This document shows positions 1-8,984 of a stretch of DNA of 49,729 nucleotides, one piece after another. Source of the stretch: Candidatus Woesearchaeota archaeon. Its GTDB lineage: Archaea > Nanobdellota > Nanobdellia > Woesearchaeales > GW2011-AR9. The stretch spans positions 1 through 49,729 of the forward strand of contig JACQNE010000003.1 in assembly GCA_016203205.1 (NCBI GenBank). Reading direction: 5' to 3'. The position numbers were made by a program, and so were the translations under genes. Positions within the stretch are counted from its first letter, which is position 1. Each line of letters begins with the position of its first letter. Below the pieces are notes generated by a model, which was given only the letters and a program-made list of their open reading frames with translations, was not told where the DNA came from and did not search any database.

Positions 1-103
1 CCTCTGATATGTATTAACCAATTAAAACCAAATAGTTTATTTAAAGAGGTGTTACCCCCCCCTGTTAGTAAATGAATGCTCATCTTACCTTGCTGCAGAA
101 AAG

Positions 104-111
104 TTTAAATA
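104..111 (+). promoter_or_regulatory. TATA-box-like element upstream of vapB
   Basis: tttaaata is centred about 26 nt upstream of the ATG at 134. The spacing fits a leaderless archaeal transcript. Confidence 0.4.
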
Positions 112-133
112 AAATCACCATTATTTAACTAGG

Positions 134-391
134 ATGGGCATAGCTAAAGTTACTAGGAATTATCAGGTGACCATTCCCAAAGATGTAAGAACGATCCAGG
201 ATATCAACGTAGGTGATACTGTTTTCTTTAGTATTGAGGGTGGACGCATCGATTTCTTTAAGATGAAACGAGAGAGTCTTCTTAAAGAGACGGCAGGGAT
301 TTGGAACGGATTAATCAAAGAAGACAGCGTGAAGTATGTGACGAAAACGAGAGAAAGCTGGAAGAGGCGCTCACAGAGAGTAAAACTATGA
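134..391 (+). CDS. vapB: AbrB/SpoVT-fold antitoxin (VapB-like)
   Basis: The N-terminus KVTRNYQVTIPKDVR...GDTVFF is a typical swapped-hairpin AbrB/SpoVT motif. Its stop overlaps the next ATG as ATGA (388-391). Confidence 0.8.
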   Translation: MGIAKVTRNYQVTIPKDVRTIQDINVGDTVFFSIEGGRIDFFKMKRESLLKETAGIWNGLIKEDSVKYVTKTRESWKRRSQRVKL

Positions 392-753
392 AGCTCGTTG
401 ATACGGATATCTTTATCGATCTCTTGAGGGGATTTGACCACTCCCGATTATTTTTTGCTGAAAACGAAGAGATCATTTTCTCTGCTATCACTGAAGCAGA
501 ACTATTATCAGGACAACAATGTAAAGACACTGCTGTTCGAGAAAAAGTTCTCCATTTCCTTTCTCAATTTGAGAAAATCACCGTTGACAATCCCCTCGTT
601 CAAATTGCAGCTGATTTTCGGAGAAAATATGGGATAGCCCTTCCTGATGCTATTATCGCCGCATCTGCTTTTGTACATGACGCGACTCTCATCACGCGTA
701 ATATTAAAGATTTTGAGAAGATTCGCGAGATTAGGGTAGAAAAGCCATATTAG
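388..753 (+). CDS. vapC: PIN-domain toxin (VapC-like ribonuclease)
   Basis: MKLVDTDIFID, TEAELL, LPDAIIAASA and TRNIKDF match the acidic residues and C-terminal signature of PIN domains. The start was moved from 301 to the ATG at 388, which couples to vapB. Confidence 0.85.
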   Translation: MKLVDTDIFIDLLRGFDHSRLFFAENEEIIFSAITEAELLSGQQCKDTAVREKVLHFLSQFEKITVDNPLVQIAADFRRKYGIALPDAIIAASAFVHDATLITRNIKDFEKIREIRVEKPY

Positions 754-760
754 GAAAAAG

Positions 761-974
761 CGGACCCGGTGAGACTTTCTCCCACTGTCACTGCCTTATT
801 TTGAGCATCAGCGACTAAGCGAACATAGTGAGCGAAGTCGCTTCGCTGTTCAGATGGCGTGACATCTGGATTTGAACTCACGATCTACAGCTCTCTTTGC
901 TTTAAGCTTAGAAGGCTGTCGCGCTATCTGCCTTCACAACTTATTCAGCTGCATCCAGGCTACGCTACGGGTCC
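761..974 (-). tRNA. tRNA-Arg(UCU) interrupted by three introns (D-loop, 37/38, T-arm)
   Basis: Minus-strand read: acceptor GGACCCG/CGGGTCC is 7/7 paired. D-stem GCGT/GCGC is split by about 26-28 nt. Anticodon arm is ACAGC-CTTCTA[16 nt]A-GCTGT, variable loop AGATC. T-arm is GTGAG-TTCAAAT-[~96 nt]-CTCAC. Discriminator is G, followed by a T-run. No CCA is encoded. Confidence 0.7.
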
Positions 975-998
975 TTAAGTTCTTAAAACTCAAAATAC

Positions 999-1006
999 CT
1001 TTTAAA
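999..1006 (-). promoter_or_regulatory. TATA-box-like element for tRNA-Arg
   Basis: The minus strand reads TTTAAAAG, starting about 25 nt upstream of the predicted tRNA 5' end at 974. Confidence 0.4.
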
Positions 1007-1065
1007 CATTTCGCCATCAATCACCTCAATTCTCTCTCTTCCGGTTGTTTCAGGTCCGTCGTTGA

Positions 1066-1650
1066 TCAAGAAGAACCGATTGTCACTTTTGTGATTATAA
1101 CATCCTGCAAAGGTTGATCTTGGGTATTTCGTGGTGTATTCACAATAGTATCCACAACATCCATCCCCTCAACCACTTTTCCAAAGACCGGATGTTTCCC
1201 ATCAAGAAACGTATTATGAGCTTCATTAATGAAGAATTGTGAACCGCCCGTATTTGGCCCATGATTAGCCATCGAGATTGTTCCTCGAACATTAGATAGT
1301 CCTTTCACGAATTCATCTTTGATCTCATACCCCGGACCGCCCGTGCCCCACATTTTCTTTTTATTCACATCTTTAGTTAACGGGTCTCCTCCTTGGATCA
1401 TGAACTGAGGTATGACTCGGTGAATGCGTGTTCCATCGTAAAACCCTTGCTGGGCCAGATTGATGAAATTCAGAGTTGTTATTGGCATCTTGTCCTCAAA
1501 TAACTCGATCTTTATTGTTCCCGTTGTAGTCTCCAGGATTGCAATTCTATTTTTTGCTGTCATTGTATCAACTCCTCTCAGATAAACAATAGTCAGTATT
1601 ACACCTAATACTAATCCCATTAAAACCAAATTTTTTCTCATGGCAGCCAA
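1066..1650 (-). CDS. cyclophilin-type peptidyl-prolyl cis-trans isomerase with N-terminal membrane anchor or signal
   Basis: FHRVIPQFMIQGGDP, GTISMAN, GSQFFI and HPVFGKV are classic cyclophilin motifs. The N-terminal segment LVLMGLVLGVILTIV is hydrophobic. Confidence 0.9.
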   Translation of the reverse strand: MAAMRKNLVLMGLVLGVILTIVYLRGVDTMTAKNRIAILETTTGTIKIELFEDKMPITTLNFINLAQQGFYDGTRIHRVIPQFMIQGGDPLTKDVNKKKMWGTGGPGYEIKDEFVKGLSNVRGTISMANHGPNTGGSQFFINEAHNTFLDGKHPVFGKVVEGMDVVDTIVNTPRNTQDQPLQDVIITKVTIGSS

Positions 1651-2747
1651 GTCTTCCTATTCTTCAATTTTTCGGGGAGGTATTTATCGATCACAAAGTT
1701 TAACCCGTGCTTGGCTAACGCCTGCTGCTCTGCCCTTGCTTTCATCTTGATCTGCTGCTCTGCCGCGTTCTGCCAGGCTTTATAGTGCTGTACAAAAGGA
1801 TCGTTCTTCAGCGCATCCTTTGCCCGTTTGATATCAACATCCTTGAGTGGGTGTGTAGGCAGCTGATAGTCGATGATGTCTTGTGGCGTGATGCCGATAT
1901 ATTGCGCCTGCGGAACACAAAAGAATTCATTGATATGCGCCGCATTTCCCGAACCGACTTTCAGCGTGCGATGGATGTTAAAGTAGCCATAAAAATCACC
2001 ATCACAGAAGACATAGACCGGCAATTTCTGCTCGTCTGCCAGTTTTCGGATAAAACGCCGGCAGGCCCTTGTCGGAACGCCGCCCATGGCGATCAGGATA
2101 CAGTTTGCTTTTTTCCAATAATTATGCTTATTCAACCGTTCAAACATCCCACTCGTTTCAATCGCCAGAATGAATTTTGCTTTCGTCTTGAAACGCAGAT
2201 GTTCTACCGAGCTGGGGATAGAATATGCTCCCGATCCAAATTTTGTACAATCTATCTCTAAGTCTTTTCCAGTATCGGCATCTTGGTCGATAACCACCAA
2301 TTCTCCAGCGACTGCACCGCCTTTCTCTTCCGGAATGAAGCCGATCTGTTCACGATTAACGCCCATCATCGCTTCAATATCATCCATGACTGTATCTGAT
2401 TCCGGCTGCTCCCGAAAACGGGCATCGCCCCAGTTCTTGCTCACATAATAGGCTTCCCTTTTCGTGGCGATATCATCGGTTTCAACCAACTGTTTGGACA
2501 ATTCCATCATGCGCAGCGTCTGGGCAAAAGTCTTGATTGTGGAAGCAGTCAGCGTCCGGGATTTTACGCTCTTCAGTAATTTGAAATATCCTTCTTTATC
2601 ATCGTAAGAAACATTGCTTAACGCTCTAATCGGCATCTCGATTTCCGGCTTTTTCTGCAGCCGGATGGTGCCATACATTCTTTGAGCAATGTCTTTGATC
2701 TTCCCTAATACATATTTATTTGCCGTTTCCTCTTTCTTGGTTGCCAT
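1638..2747 (-). CDS. top6A: DNA topoisomerase VI subunit A (Spo11-like)
   Basis: Shows the Spo11/TopVIA 5Y-CAP plus Toprim layout (REAYYVS, ETSGMFERL, GGVPTRACRRF, CDGDFYG). It sits directly downstream of top6B. Confidence 0.93.
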   Translation of the reverse strand: MATKKEETANKYVLGKIKDIAQRMYGTIRLQKKPEIEMPIRALSNVSYDDKEGYFKLLKSVKSRTLTASTIKTFAQTLRMMELSKQLVETDDIATKREAYYVSKNWGDARFREQPESDTVMDDIEAMMGVNREQIGFIPEEKGGAVAGELVVIDQDADTGKDLEIDCTKFGSGAYSIPSSVEHLRFKTKAKFILAIETSGMFERLNKHNYWKKANCILIAMGGVPTRACRRFIRKLADEQKLPVYVFCDGDFYGYFNIHRTLKVGSGNAAHINEFFCVPQAQYIGITPQDIIDYQLPTHPLKDVDIKRAKDALKNDPFVQHYKAWQNAAEQQIKMKARAEQQALAKHGLNFVIDKYLPEKLKNRKTWLP

Positions 2748-2754
2748 GATTTTG

Positions 2755-4536
2755 TTATGACAGTTTCAACTGTCGATCTCCAGGGTTATCACTTTCATCA
2801 TCATCTGAAAAAGAGTCTTCATTTTCATCTCCTTCTTTCTCTTCGTCAATTTCTTCTTTTCTCTTCTTTCCTTTTTTGTGTGGGGAATGATCTTCTCCCA
2901 GTGATTCTTCCGGCTCATCTTCCGCGCCAATCCGGGCTAGTTCTGCATCATAGTCTGGATTATCTATTCCAATTTCTTCTAATTCGCCTCGCGTGTGCTC
3001 TAAAATAGCATAAAGATCATCCTCTACTTGTTTCTTCTGGATCTCGCTCAGGCCGACGATGCTTTTGAGGGAGTCGGCTACGTGGGGGATATATTTCTCG
3101 ATATAGCCGCGCTTCTTGGATTCTTCACTGATCCTTCTCCTTTTGTTCACGAAAGAAGCCAGCTTCCGGCCGCATTCCTGCAACGCCAATTTCACTTCTT
3201 TAACAATCTCCGGATAATGGGCCAGTGCTTCTTTTGATTCTGATGTAAACGGCACCCATACCGAGGACATGTGCACGACAATTGTACACGGGCCGACGGG
3301 CAGTGAATTTTTGCTTTGTTGCAGGCCGTATAATCTCCACGTTGTTGCTTGGATGGAATTAGTGATCGCGCATGCTCCCTGCTGATATAACAAAGGCACT
3401 CTGTTGGCAAAACGCAGGATCCGCACTGCCGAATCCCCCTCCTGCTCTCCCCCGTAGGCCAGAGCCGCCTCAATGATAAACGGATTCCCGCGGTAGACGG
3501 CGGGAGGCCGTGTGGTTGAACAATAAAATTCCGCATTGATCTCCTTACGCAGGCCTTTTTCCAGCAGATCAGCAGTGATCGGCGAGATGCAGTCTGTCGG
3601 CGGCGCGATGATTTTTGTTTTTTGGATGCCTTTGTGGAGATTCTCCATCAAGTCGCGGTTCAGATTCTTGGTCTTTGTGGAAGGGAGCAGGCTGGCGTTC
3701 GCGCAGATTTCTTTTGCCGTCCCGGCTCCTACCCGCACAAATTCTTCGGTCAGGAATTGCTGCAGTGTTGATGCTTTTGTCGTCTCCAGCATCTTGATCA
3801 GCATCCCCAATTCCACACCGTAGGGGTGCGGCTTAATTTCCCGAGCCTCCGGTGGAAGCTGCTCTGCGGCTCGCGGGAAGATCATTTGGTTTGCTTCCGG
3901 ATTCGTATAGATGATCGTGCAGTGAGGATTAACTACCGATGTTTCTTTCAGATACTCGTCGACCGACTGTCTTCCTTTCAGATAGGCTCCTTCCATGTCG
4001 ATCTCAATACGCGTCCCGTGATCTTTCTCTTCCCATTCCACTTCTTCCTCTTCGACGACATCAGGGCTGTTTGTTTGAGTATTAATCTTCAACTTCATGC
4101 GAATTGCTTTTTTGCCCTCTCCCGTCTTGGACATGATTGTCGCCGGCTTTCCCGTTGTCAGCTGGCCGTATAATACTGCTGCAGAAATCCCGATTCCTTG
4201 CTGCCCCCGGGTCTGGGCGAGTTTATGAAACTTAGAGCCGTACAACAATTTGGCAAAGATCTTGGGAAGCTGCGCTTTGATGATTCCCGGGCCATTATCT
4301 TCGATGACAATCCTAAATCTGGTTTCTCCCAGTTGGATCAATTCTACATTGACCTCGGGGAGGATTCTTGCTTCTTCGCAAGCATCTAAAGCATTATCTA
4401 CTGCTTCTTTTACCGCAGTCATCAACGCTCGTCGGGGATTGTCAAAACCGAGCAAGTGACGGTTCTTTTCAAAAAATTCAGCAATGGAAATCTCCTGTTG
4501 CTTCTGGGCCAACTCTTCCGCTGTCTTCTGCGCCAT
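2755..4536 (-). CDS. top6B: DNA topoisomerase VI subunit B (GHKL ATPase) with long charged C-terminal tail
   Basis: Bergerat-fold motifs [15 protein letters not shown] and [10 protein letters not shown] are present. The last ~70 aa are an E/D/K-rich low-complexity extension. Confidence 0.93.
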   Translation of the reverse strand: MAQKTAEELAQKQQEISIAEFFEKNRHLLGFDNPRRALMTAVKEAVDNALDACEEARILPEVNVELIQLGETRFRIVIEDNGPGIIKAQLPKIFAKLLYGSKFHKLAQTRGQQGIGISAAVLYGQLTTGKPATIMSKTGEGKKAIRMKLKINTQTNSPDVVEEEEVEWEEKDHGTRIEIDMEGAYLKGRQSVDEYLKETSVVNPHCTIIYTNPEANQMIFPRAAEQLPPEAREIKPHPYGVELGMLIKMLETTKASTLQQFLTEEFVRVGAGTAKEICANASLLPSTKTKNLNRDLMENLHKGIQKTKIIAPPTDCISPITADLLEKGLRKEINAEFYCSTTRPPAVYRGNPFIIEAALAYGGEQEGDSAVRILRFANRVPLLYQQGACAITNSIQATTWRLYGLQQSKNSLPVGPCTIVVHMSSVWVPFTSESKEALAHYPEIVKEVKLALQECGRKLASFVNKRRRISEESKKRGYIEKYIPHVADSLKSIVGLSEIQKKQVEDDLYAILEHTRGELEEIGIDNPDYDAELARIGAEDEPEESLGEDHSPHKKGKKRKEEIDEEKEGDENEDSFSDDDESDNPGDRQLKLS

Positions 4537-4591
4537 CTCTCTCAGAAAAAAAGAAAGTGTTTATATACATTGTGGTTGTATTTATTTTGGC

Positions 4592-4744
4592 GGCACAATC
4601 CGAAAAGTGAGTGATAGTGAAGCCAAATTGTCGCTGAAGGATAGCCATAATCCTGGAACTGGTCCGATTTTCATCTGAAATCTAACCAAGGCAGAAAATC
4701 GGCTTCAGCGACGGCTCACTATCACTCCTAAAGTGGATTGTGCC
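4592..4744 (+). mobile_element. MITE family B, copy B1 (153 bp)
   Basis: Perfect 10-bp termini ggcacaatcc/ggattgtgcc sit within ~30-bp imperfect TIRs (..gtgagtgatagtgaagcc / ggctcactatcactc..). It is flanked by an exact 8-bp direct repeat attttggc (4584-4591 and 4745-4752). The interior is homologous to 31510-31665 in inverted orientation. Confidence 0.8.
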
Positions 4745-4789
4745 ATTTTGGCGGAAGACATATTAATCACTCCGTGTTTAAAAAAAATT

Positions 4790-5377
4790 ATGCGCTTGGG
4801 AATTGATTTGGACGGAGTATTAGCTGAGTTCATTGATTCTTTTTTAGACTTCGAGAATCAACGTTACGGCCTAACATTAACCAAGAACGATGTTCATAAC
4901 TATGATCTTACAACAATTTTAGGTGTTAACCCGCAGCAATTGATTCAAGAATTTAGCTACTTTTATTCCACTTCGGGGTTTTATCATCTTCTTCCCGTTA
5001 CAGGAGCACAATCAGCAACCGAAGAATTAGCCAAAGATCATCAGCTGTATGTCATAACCTCTCGTCCTCCTGAAATTCATCATGCTACAGAAGAATGGCT
5101 TGGCGAACACTTTCCTGCACGGTTTACATCAGTCCATTTTAGTTTGGATTATCTTCCTCAAGCGAAAAGTGAGAGAAAAGAAGATATCTGCCGGGATTTA
5201 GGAATAGATGTGATGATTGATGATTCCATTAAATACTTGAAACACTGCGCACCGTACGTTAAAAAGACTTTTCTCTTTGACCAGCCTTGGAATCAACAAA
5301 GTGAAATTCTTTCTTCTCTTGTGCGTGTAAAGTCGTGGGGAGAAATAATCCAAAATATTCGATCTTCTGAACCATGA
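4790..5377 (+). CDS. HAD-superfamily 5'(3')-deoxyribonucleotidase-like phosphatase
   Basis: MRLGIDLDGVLAEF carries the DxDG motif I at the N-terminus. The start was trimmed from 4733 because the extension reads out of MITE B1. Its stop overlaps the queE ATG. Confidence 0.65.
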   Translation: MRLGIDLDGVLAEFIDSFLDFENQRYGLTLTKNDVHNYDLTTILGVNPQQLIQEFSYFYSTSGFYHLLPVTGAQSATEELAKDHQLYVITSRPPEIHHATEEWLGEHFPARFTSVHFSLDYLPQAKSERKEDICRDLGIDVMIDDSIKYLKHCAPYVKKTFLFDQPWNQQSEILSSLVRVKSWGEIIQNIRSSEP

Positions 5378-6060
5378 AACTTCCCATCTCTGAAATCTAT
5401 TCTGCCGTCCAAGGCGAAGGCCTGCATAAAACACCTGCCATCTTTGTCCGGTTCTGGGGCTGCAATCTCCGCTGCGGCTGGAATCAGAGGAGCGATGGTA
5501 AGACACAGTGCGACACGCCATACGCGGTGTTTGAGGGGACAAAGAGAATGATGAGCGCTGAGGAAGTTGTCGAAGAGATCAAGAGGTTTAAACTAAAGCA
5601 TGTTGTTTTTACGGGAGGCGAGCCAGCGCTGTTCCAGTTTGGATTAAAAGAAATGATAACACAGTTGCCTTCGTATTTTATTGAGATGGAGACAAATGGT
5701 ACAATTCCGATTGATAATGCCGTAGCTCAGCTCATCCAGCAATTTAACATCAGCCCAAAATTAAAAAGCAGTAATCAGTGGGTTGGTTATGGGGATAAAA
5801 GAATACAGTACCCTGCGCTCAAGACATTTCCCCCAGAAAAAAGCATCTTTAAGTTTATTATTACTTCTAAAAAAGATATTAGCGAAATTCGAGAGATAAC
5901 CAAACTGTTTGGTATCCCCGTTTATCTCATGCCGCAAGGGGAAACTAGACAGCAAATCGTGAAGAGCCTGCCAGGATTATTGGAATTGTGCCTCAAGCAT
6001 GGTTACGGTTTTACGAACCGGGATCAGATCATTGCATACGGCAAGAAGAGGGGTGTGTGA
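5374..6060 (+). CDS. queE: 7-carboxy-7-deazaguanine synthase-like radical SAM protein
   Basis: EIYSAVQGEG...FVRFWGCNLRC...CDTPY and FTGGEP resemble the QueE N-terminus and cluster-binding region. Confidence 0.7.
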   Translation: MKLPISEIYSAVQGEGLHKTPAIFVRFWGCNLRCGWNQRSDGKTQCDTPYAVFEGTKRMMSAEEVVEEIKRFKLKHVVFTGGEPALFQFGLKEMITQLPSYFIEMETNGTIPIDNAVAQLIQQFNISPKLKSSNQWVGYGDKRIQYPALKTFPPEKSIFKFIITSKKDISEIREITKLFGIPVYLMPQGETRQQIVKSLPGLLELCLKHGYGFTNRDQIIAYGKKRGV

Positions 6061-6649
6061 TTAGAGATGTCTTAACTTTCTCAACCATCTCCTCCGTTCC
6101 CGCAAAAATATACGCTGTAATCCCCAATTTTCTGGCCACAGTTACATTTTTCTCAGAATCATCAAAATATAAGCATTCTTGCGGATCAAGCTTATTTTCT
6201 TTGAGGACATTCAACCATGCTTTTTTATCCGGCTTGACAAATCCGGTTTCCCAAGAGAAATATGCTTTATCAATAGCTGAAAATATTTTAGGGAAATGTT
6301 TTCTATAATATTCTGTTCTTTCTTTAAAATTATTGGATAGGATAAACACGTTCACTCCTTTTTTGCGAAGTTCTAACGTAAAACGCAGCGCTCTTAGGTC
6401 TATTTTCTCTCCGGAGAACCAAAACGTGAAAAATTCTTTCTCAGAAAGATCCATTCCCCATTTTTGGAGATAAGGTTTCCACAGCGAAAACGCGGGGGGA
6501 GCAGCAGGCTTGCGTACGATTTCCATGATCTCCAGAAGAGCAGGCAGGAATTGCTCTTTGGCAATACTCCATTTTGCCTCCACTCTCAGGTTCAGTAATT
6601 CACTTTTCAGGAAGATCCCATTCAGATCAAAAATAACCGCTTTGATCAT
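6029..6649 (-). CDS. HAD-superfamily hydrolase (motif I reads DLN rather than DxD)
   Basis: MIKAVIFDLNGIF lies at the N-terminus when the ATG at 6649 is used. LSNN and FDDSEKN resemble motifs II/III-IV. It overlaps queE convergently by 32 nt. Confidence 0.65.
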   Translation of the reverse strand: MIKAVIFDLNGIFLKSELLNLRVEAKWSIAKEQFLPALLEIMEIVRKPAAPPAFSLWKPYLQKWGMDLSEKEFFTFWFSGEKIDLRALRFTLELRKKGVNVFILSNNFKERTEYYRKHFPKIFSAIDKAYFSWETGFVKPDKKAWLNVLKENKLDPQECLYFDDSEKNVTVARKLGITAYIFAGTEEMVEKVKTSLITHPSSCRMQ

Positions 6650-6684
6650 CTTATCGTAACCCCTCATTTTCCCTAACTGCTTTT

Positions 6685-7218
6685 TTATCCAAATAAGATC
6701 TCTTTTTTCTTCCTTTCCAGAAATTGATATACTGTCTTATGCATTGACCCTTGCAGGAGCATGGCCACTGCCTGGCGGGCGATGGCAACATTATCTGTCT
6801 CTCCAACGATCCCGATTGTCTTTCCATAGACAGAGATGGCACAGCCCGTCAATCGTTCGATCTCTTCCCGGCTCTTTCCCCCCGTACCGATTACCCTGCC
6901 TTTCAGCCGTTCCAGCGTATTTCTACTTTTCCCGGCAATATCCTTCATCTCGATCATTTCTAATGCATAATCGGTCTTGTGAAGGAGCATGGCCGTCTTG
7001 GGGTTAAAACCACGGGCAATTGCCCGAACAATTTCTTTAGTGGTATAAAGTTCCACACCGTCATTTCCTTTGATGAGAACATCCCCTTCTGCTGAAATGT
7101 CCAAAACACAGTTGGTCAACTGTTCGATCTCTTTCTTGGTCACGCCATCCTTGCCGATCAATACTGCTACCCGTTCCTGCGGGATCTTTAATTCGTACGA
7201 AAATTCTTCGTGGTCCAT
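6685..7218 (-). CDS. two-KH-domain RNA-binding protein (Dim2/Pno1-like)
   Basis: Two GxxG KH cores are present (IGKDGVTKKEIE and IGTGGKSREEIE). It is translationally coupled (TAATG) to the upstream RIO kinase, a pairing I believe is common in archaea. Confidence 0.8.
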   Translation of the reverse strand: MDHEEFSYELKIPQERVAVLIGKDGVTKKEIEQLTNCVLDISAEGDVLIKGNDGVELYTTKEIVRAIARGFNPKTAMLLHKTDYALEMIEMKDIAGKSRNTLERLKGRVIGTGGKSREEIERLTGCAISVYGKTIGIVGETDNVAIARQAVAMLLQGSMHKTVYQFLERKKKEILFG

Positions 7219-7955
7219 TATTCTGTTTCTGGTGAATTCTTTTTTAAATGTTTGCCCATAATTCTGGCCATTACTTTTTCTGCATCTGCTTTAACACCCC
7301 GCTTCTGGAAATATCGCACAATATTTCCCACGTCCCTCACTAATAATTCCTGTGAGTTCGGCGCTTTTGTCAGCGTTGCCTGTGAGAAATCGATGAAATA
7401 AGGTTTCTCCCGATAATTTAAAATATTAAATGAAGAAAGATCCCCGTGAATCAATCCTTTTTTGTATAATTTTGTCATCCCGCTCACGACCTCATCATAG
7501 AACTTCTTCGGGTTTTGCGGCGGTGCGTCTTTCAGCGGCGGCGCCGGTTCTTCATCCCCGATAAATTCTTCGATAATGATGTGGTTCAGCCAGTGCAGCG
7601 GTTTTGGGGAATAGATACCCGCTTCCACCGCTCGATGCAGGTTTTTGAACTCACGCTGCGCCCAGGCTAAGATGATTTGTCTGCGGTGTTGTTGTAGATA
7701 TTGATACCGTGGATCTTTACGGATGTAATCAAACATCTTCAGGAAATTTGCCGGTTGGATAAAATAAATCTTAACAATCACTTTTTTCTCATCTTTTTTT
7801 GCGACAAAGACGCTGCTTTCCTTGCCTACGGTTAATGGGCTGACTAGTTCATCAAACGCCCCTTTGCTTTCTAATTCGAAAAGTGTTCTATTTGTAAATT
7901 CATCAAAGACACCTTTGATTGTCTTAAAGCGTTCCTGATACGTGAATTGGGTCAT
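7218..7955 (-). CDS. rio1: RIO-type serine protein kinase
   Basis: VGKESSVFVA (P-loop equivalent), LIHGDLSSFNIL (catalytic loop) and IDFSQA (metal-binding loop) are present. Confidence 0.85.
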   Translation of the reverse strand: MTQFTYQERFKTIKGVFDEFTNRTLFELESKGAFDELVSPLTVGKESSVFVAKKDEKKVIVKIYFIQPANFLKMFDYIRKDPRYQYLQQHRRQIILAWAQREFKNLHRAVEAGIYSPKPLHWLNHIIIEEFIGDEEPAPPLKDAPPQNPKKFYDEVVSGMTKLYKKGLIHGDLSSFNILNYREKPYFIDFSQATLTKAPNSQELLVRDVGNIVRYFQKRGVKADAEKVMARIMGKHLKKNSPETE

Positions 7956-7988
7956 GTGGTTAGATCAAGAAGAGGCTACTTATAAAAT

Positions 7989-8510
7989 CTATCTTCGGCT
8001 GGCTAAAAGATCTTCAAGAAGTTGGATGACCGGATCATTTCTGGAAGAATGGTCAATACTATCCAATAATCCAAAACGATACAACGCAAAAAGTCCGCCA
8101 ATGTGGCAGATATCTTCTTTGTCAGTGTATTTTTGATATGGATTAAGATCAAAACCATCTGTTCTTAATTCCTCCACCAATCTTTGCCCCTGGTTTAGGT
8201 AGGTTATGGCATGAGTTGATTCATGGCCAATGGTAAAGAGCGTTGGTATCAGTTCACCTAGGTCTTCCACAGCAACGACGATTAACTCTTCTTTTCTGCT
8301 TTCAGTTTCGAGATTAAAATGGTGACAGATCCCCGTTTCATCCCCTGGCTCTAGAGTCAAATCTAAAGACTCTCCCAGCCTTTGATAATAAGCTCCAAGA
8401 TCATCAACAATCCCATCAAATCTGAACCACTGATGCGCTTCCAGATCGACAATCGTCTGTATTCCCGGAAGAACTATCTTTCCCGTCTTAAATCCATATT
8501 CCGGCCACAT
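7989..8510 (-). CDS. hypothetical protein with lone HExxH motif
   Basis: The ORF is intact. The only recognisable element is GHESTHAI. Confidence 0.45.
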   Translation of the reverse strand: MWPEYGFKTGKIVLPGIQTIVDLEAHQWFRFDGIVDDLGAYYQRLGESLDLTLEPGDETGICHHFNLETESRKEELIVVAVEDLGELIPTLFTIGHESTHAITYLNQGQRLVEELRTDGFDLNPYQKYTDKEDICHIGGLFALYRFGLLDSIDHSSRNDPVIQLLEDLLASRR

Positions 8511-8827
8511 AGATTTTCTAAGAACTATCCATTTATAAAAATGTCAGACATGATTATAAAACTACTTGAAAGTAACAATTTGACCAAAACATTTAAATAT
8601 AAACGCCATCCTAAAGTAGTAAACACACCTCAAACCACCTCTTTTCCTCAGCGAATCTTTGGCTTCGGTCAGAGGTTTGCTGGGGTTTTATATTTATCTT
8701 ATCTCCATTTTTTTTTAGTTCATTTATGGTAATTGTGAGATATTTTCGAACAATCCCCACAATTACTAATAAGCAAATGTGTCAATTAATGTTCGAATAT
8801 TTGTCACATTTCCCCTATCAAACAATT

Positions 8828-8892
8828 TGTATTTGTTTAGAGAACTTTGCAGATAAAATATTGAATTATGCAAGGTTCTCTAAACAAATACA
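8828..8892. repeat. 65-bp palindromic element with 18-bp perfect arms
   Basis: tgtatttgtttagagaac ... gttctctaaacaaataca. The terminal tgtatttgttt is shared with the elements at 14462 and 49506. Confidence 0.6.
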
Positions 8893-8984
8893 ACCATTTT
8901 AGAAAATAGGGGTGCAATAATTTAAGGATACTACGTCACGAATTCTACACCAAAATATTTATATACTACAGCCTATAAAACGGA

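Noticed and set aside
4733-4789. N-terminal extension of the HAD phosphatase ORF
   Set aside because: The GTG start at 4733 lies inside MITE B1. The conserved DxDG motif sits at residues 6-9 when the ATG at 4790 is used.
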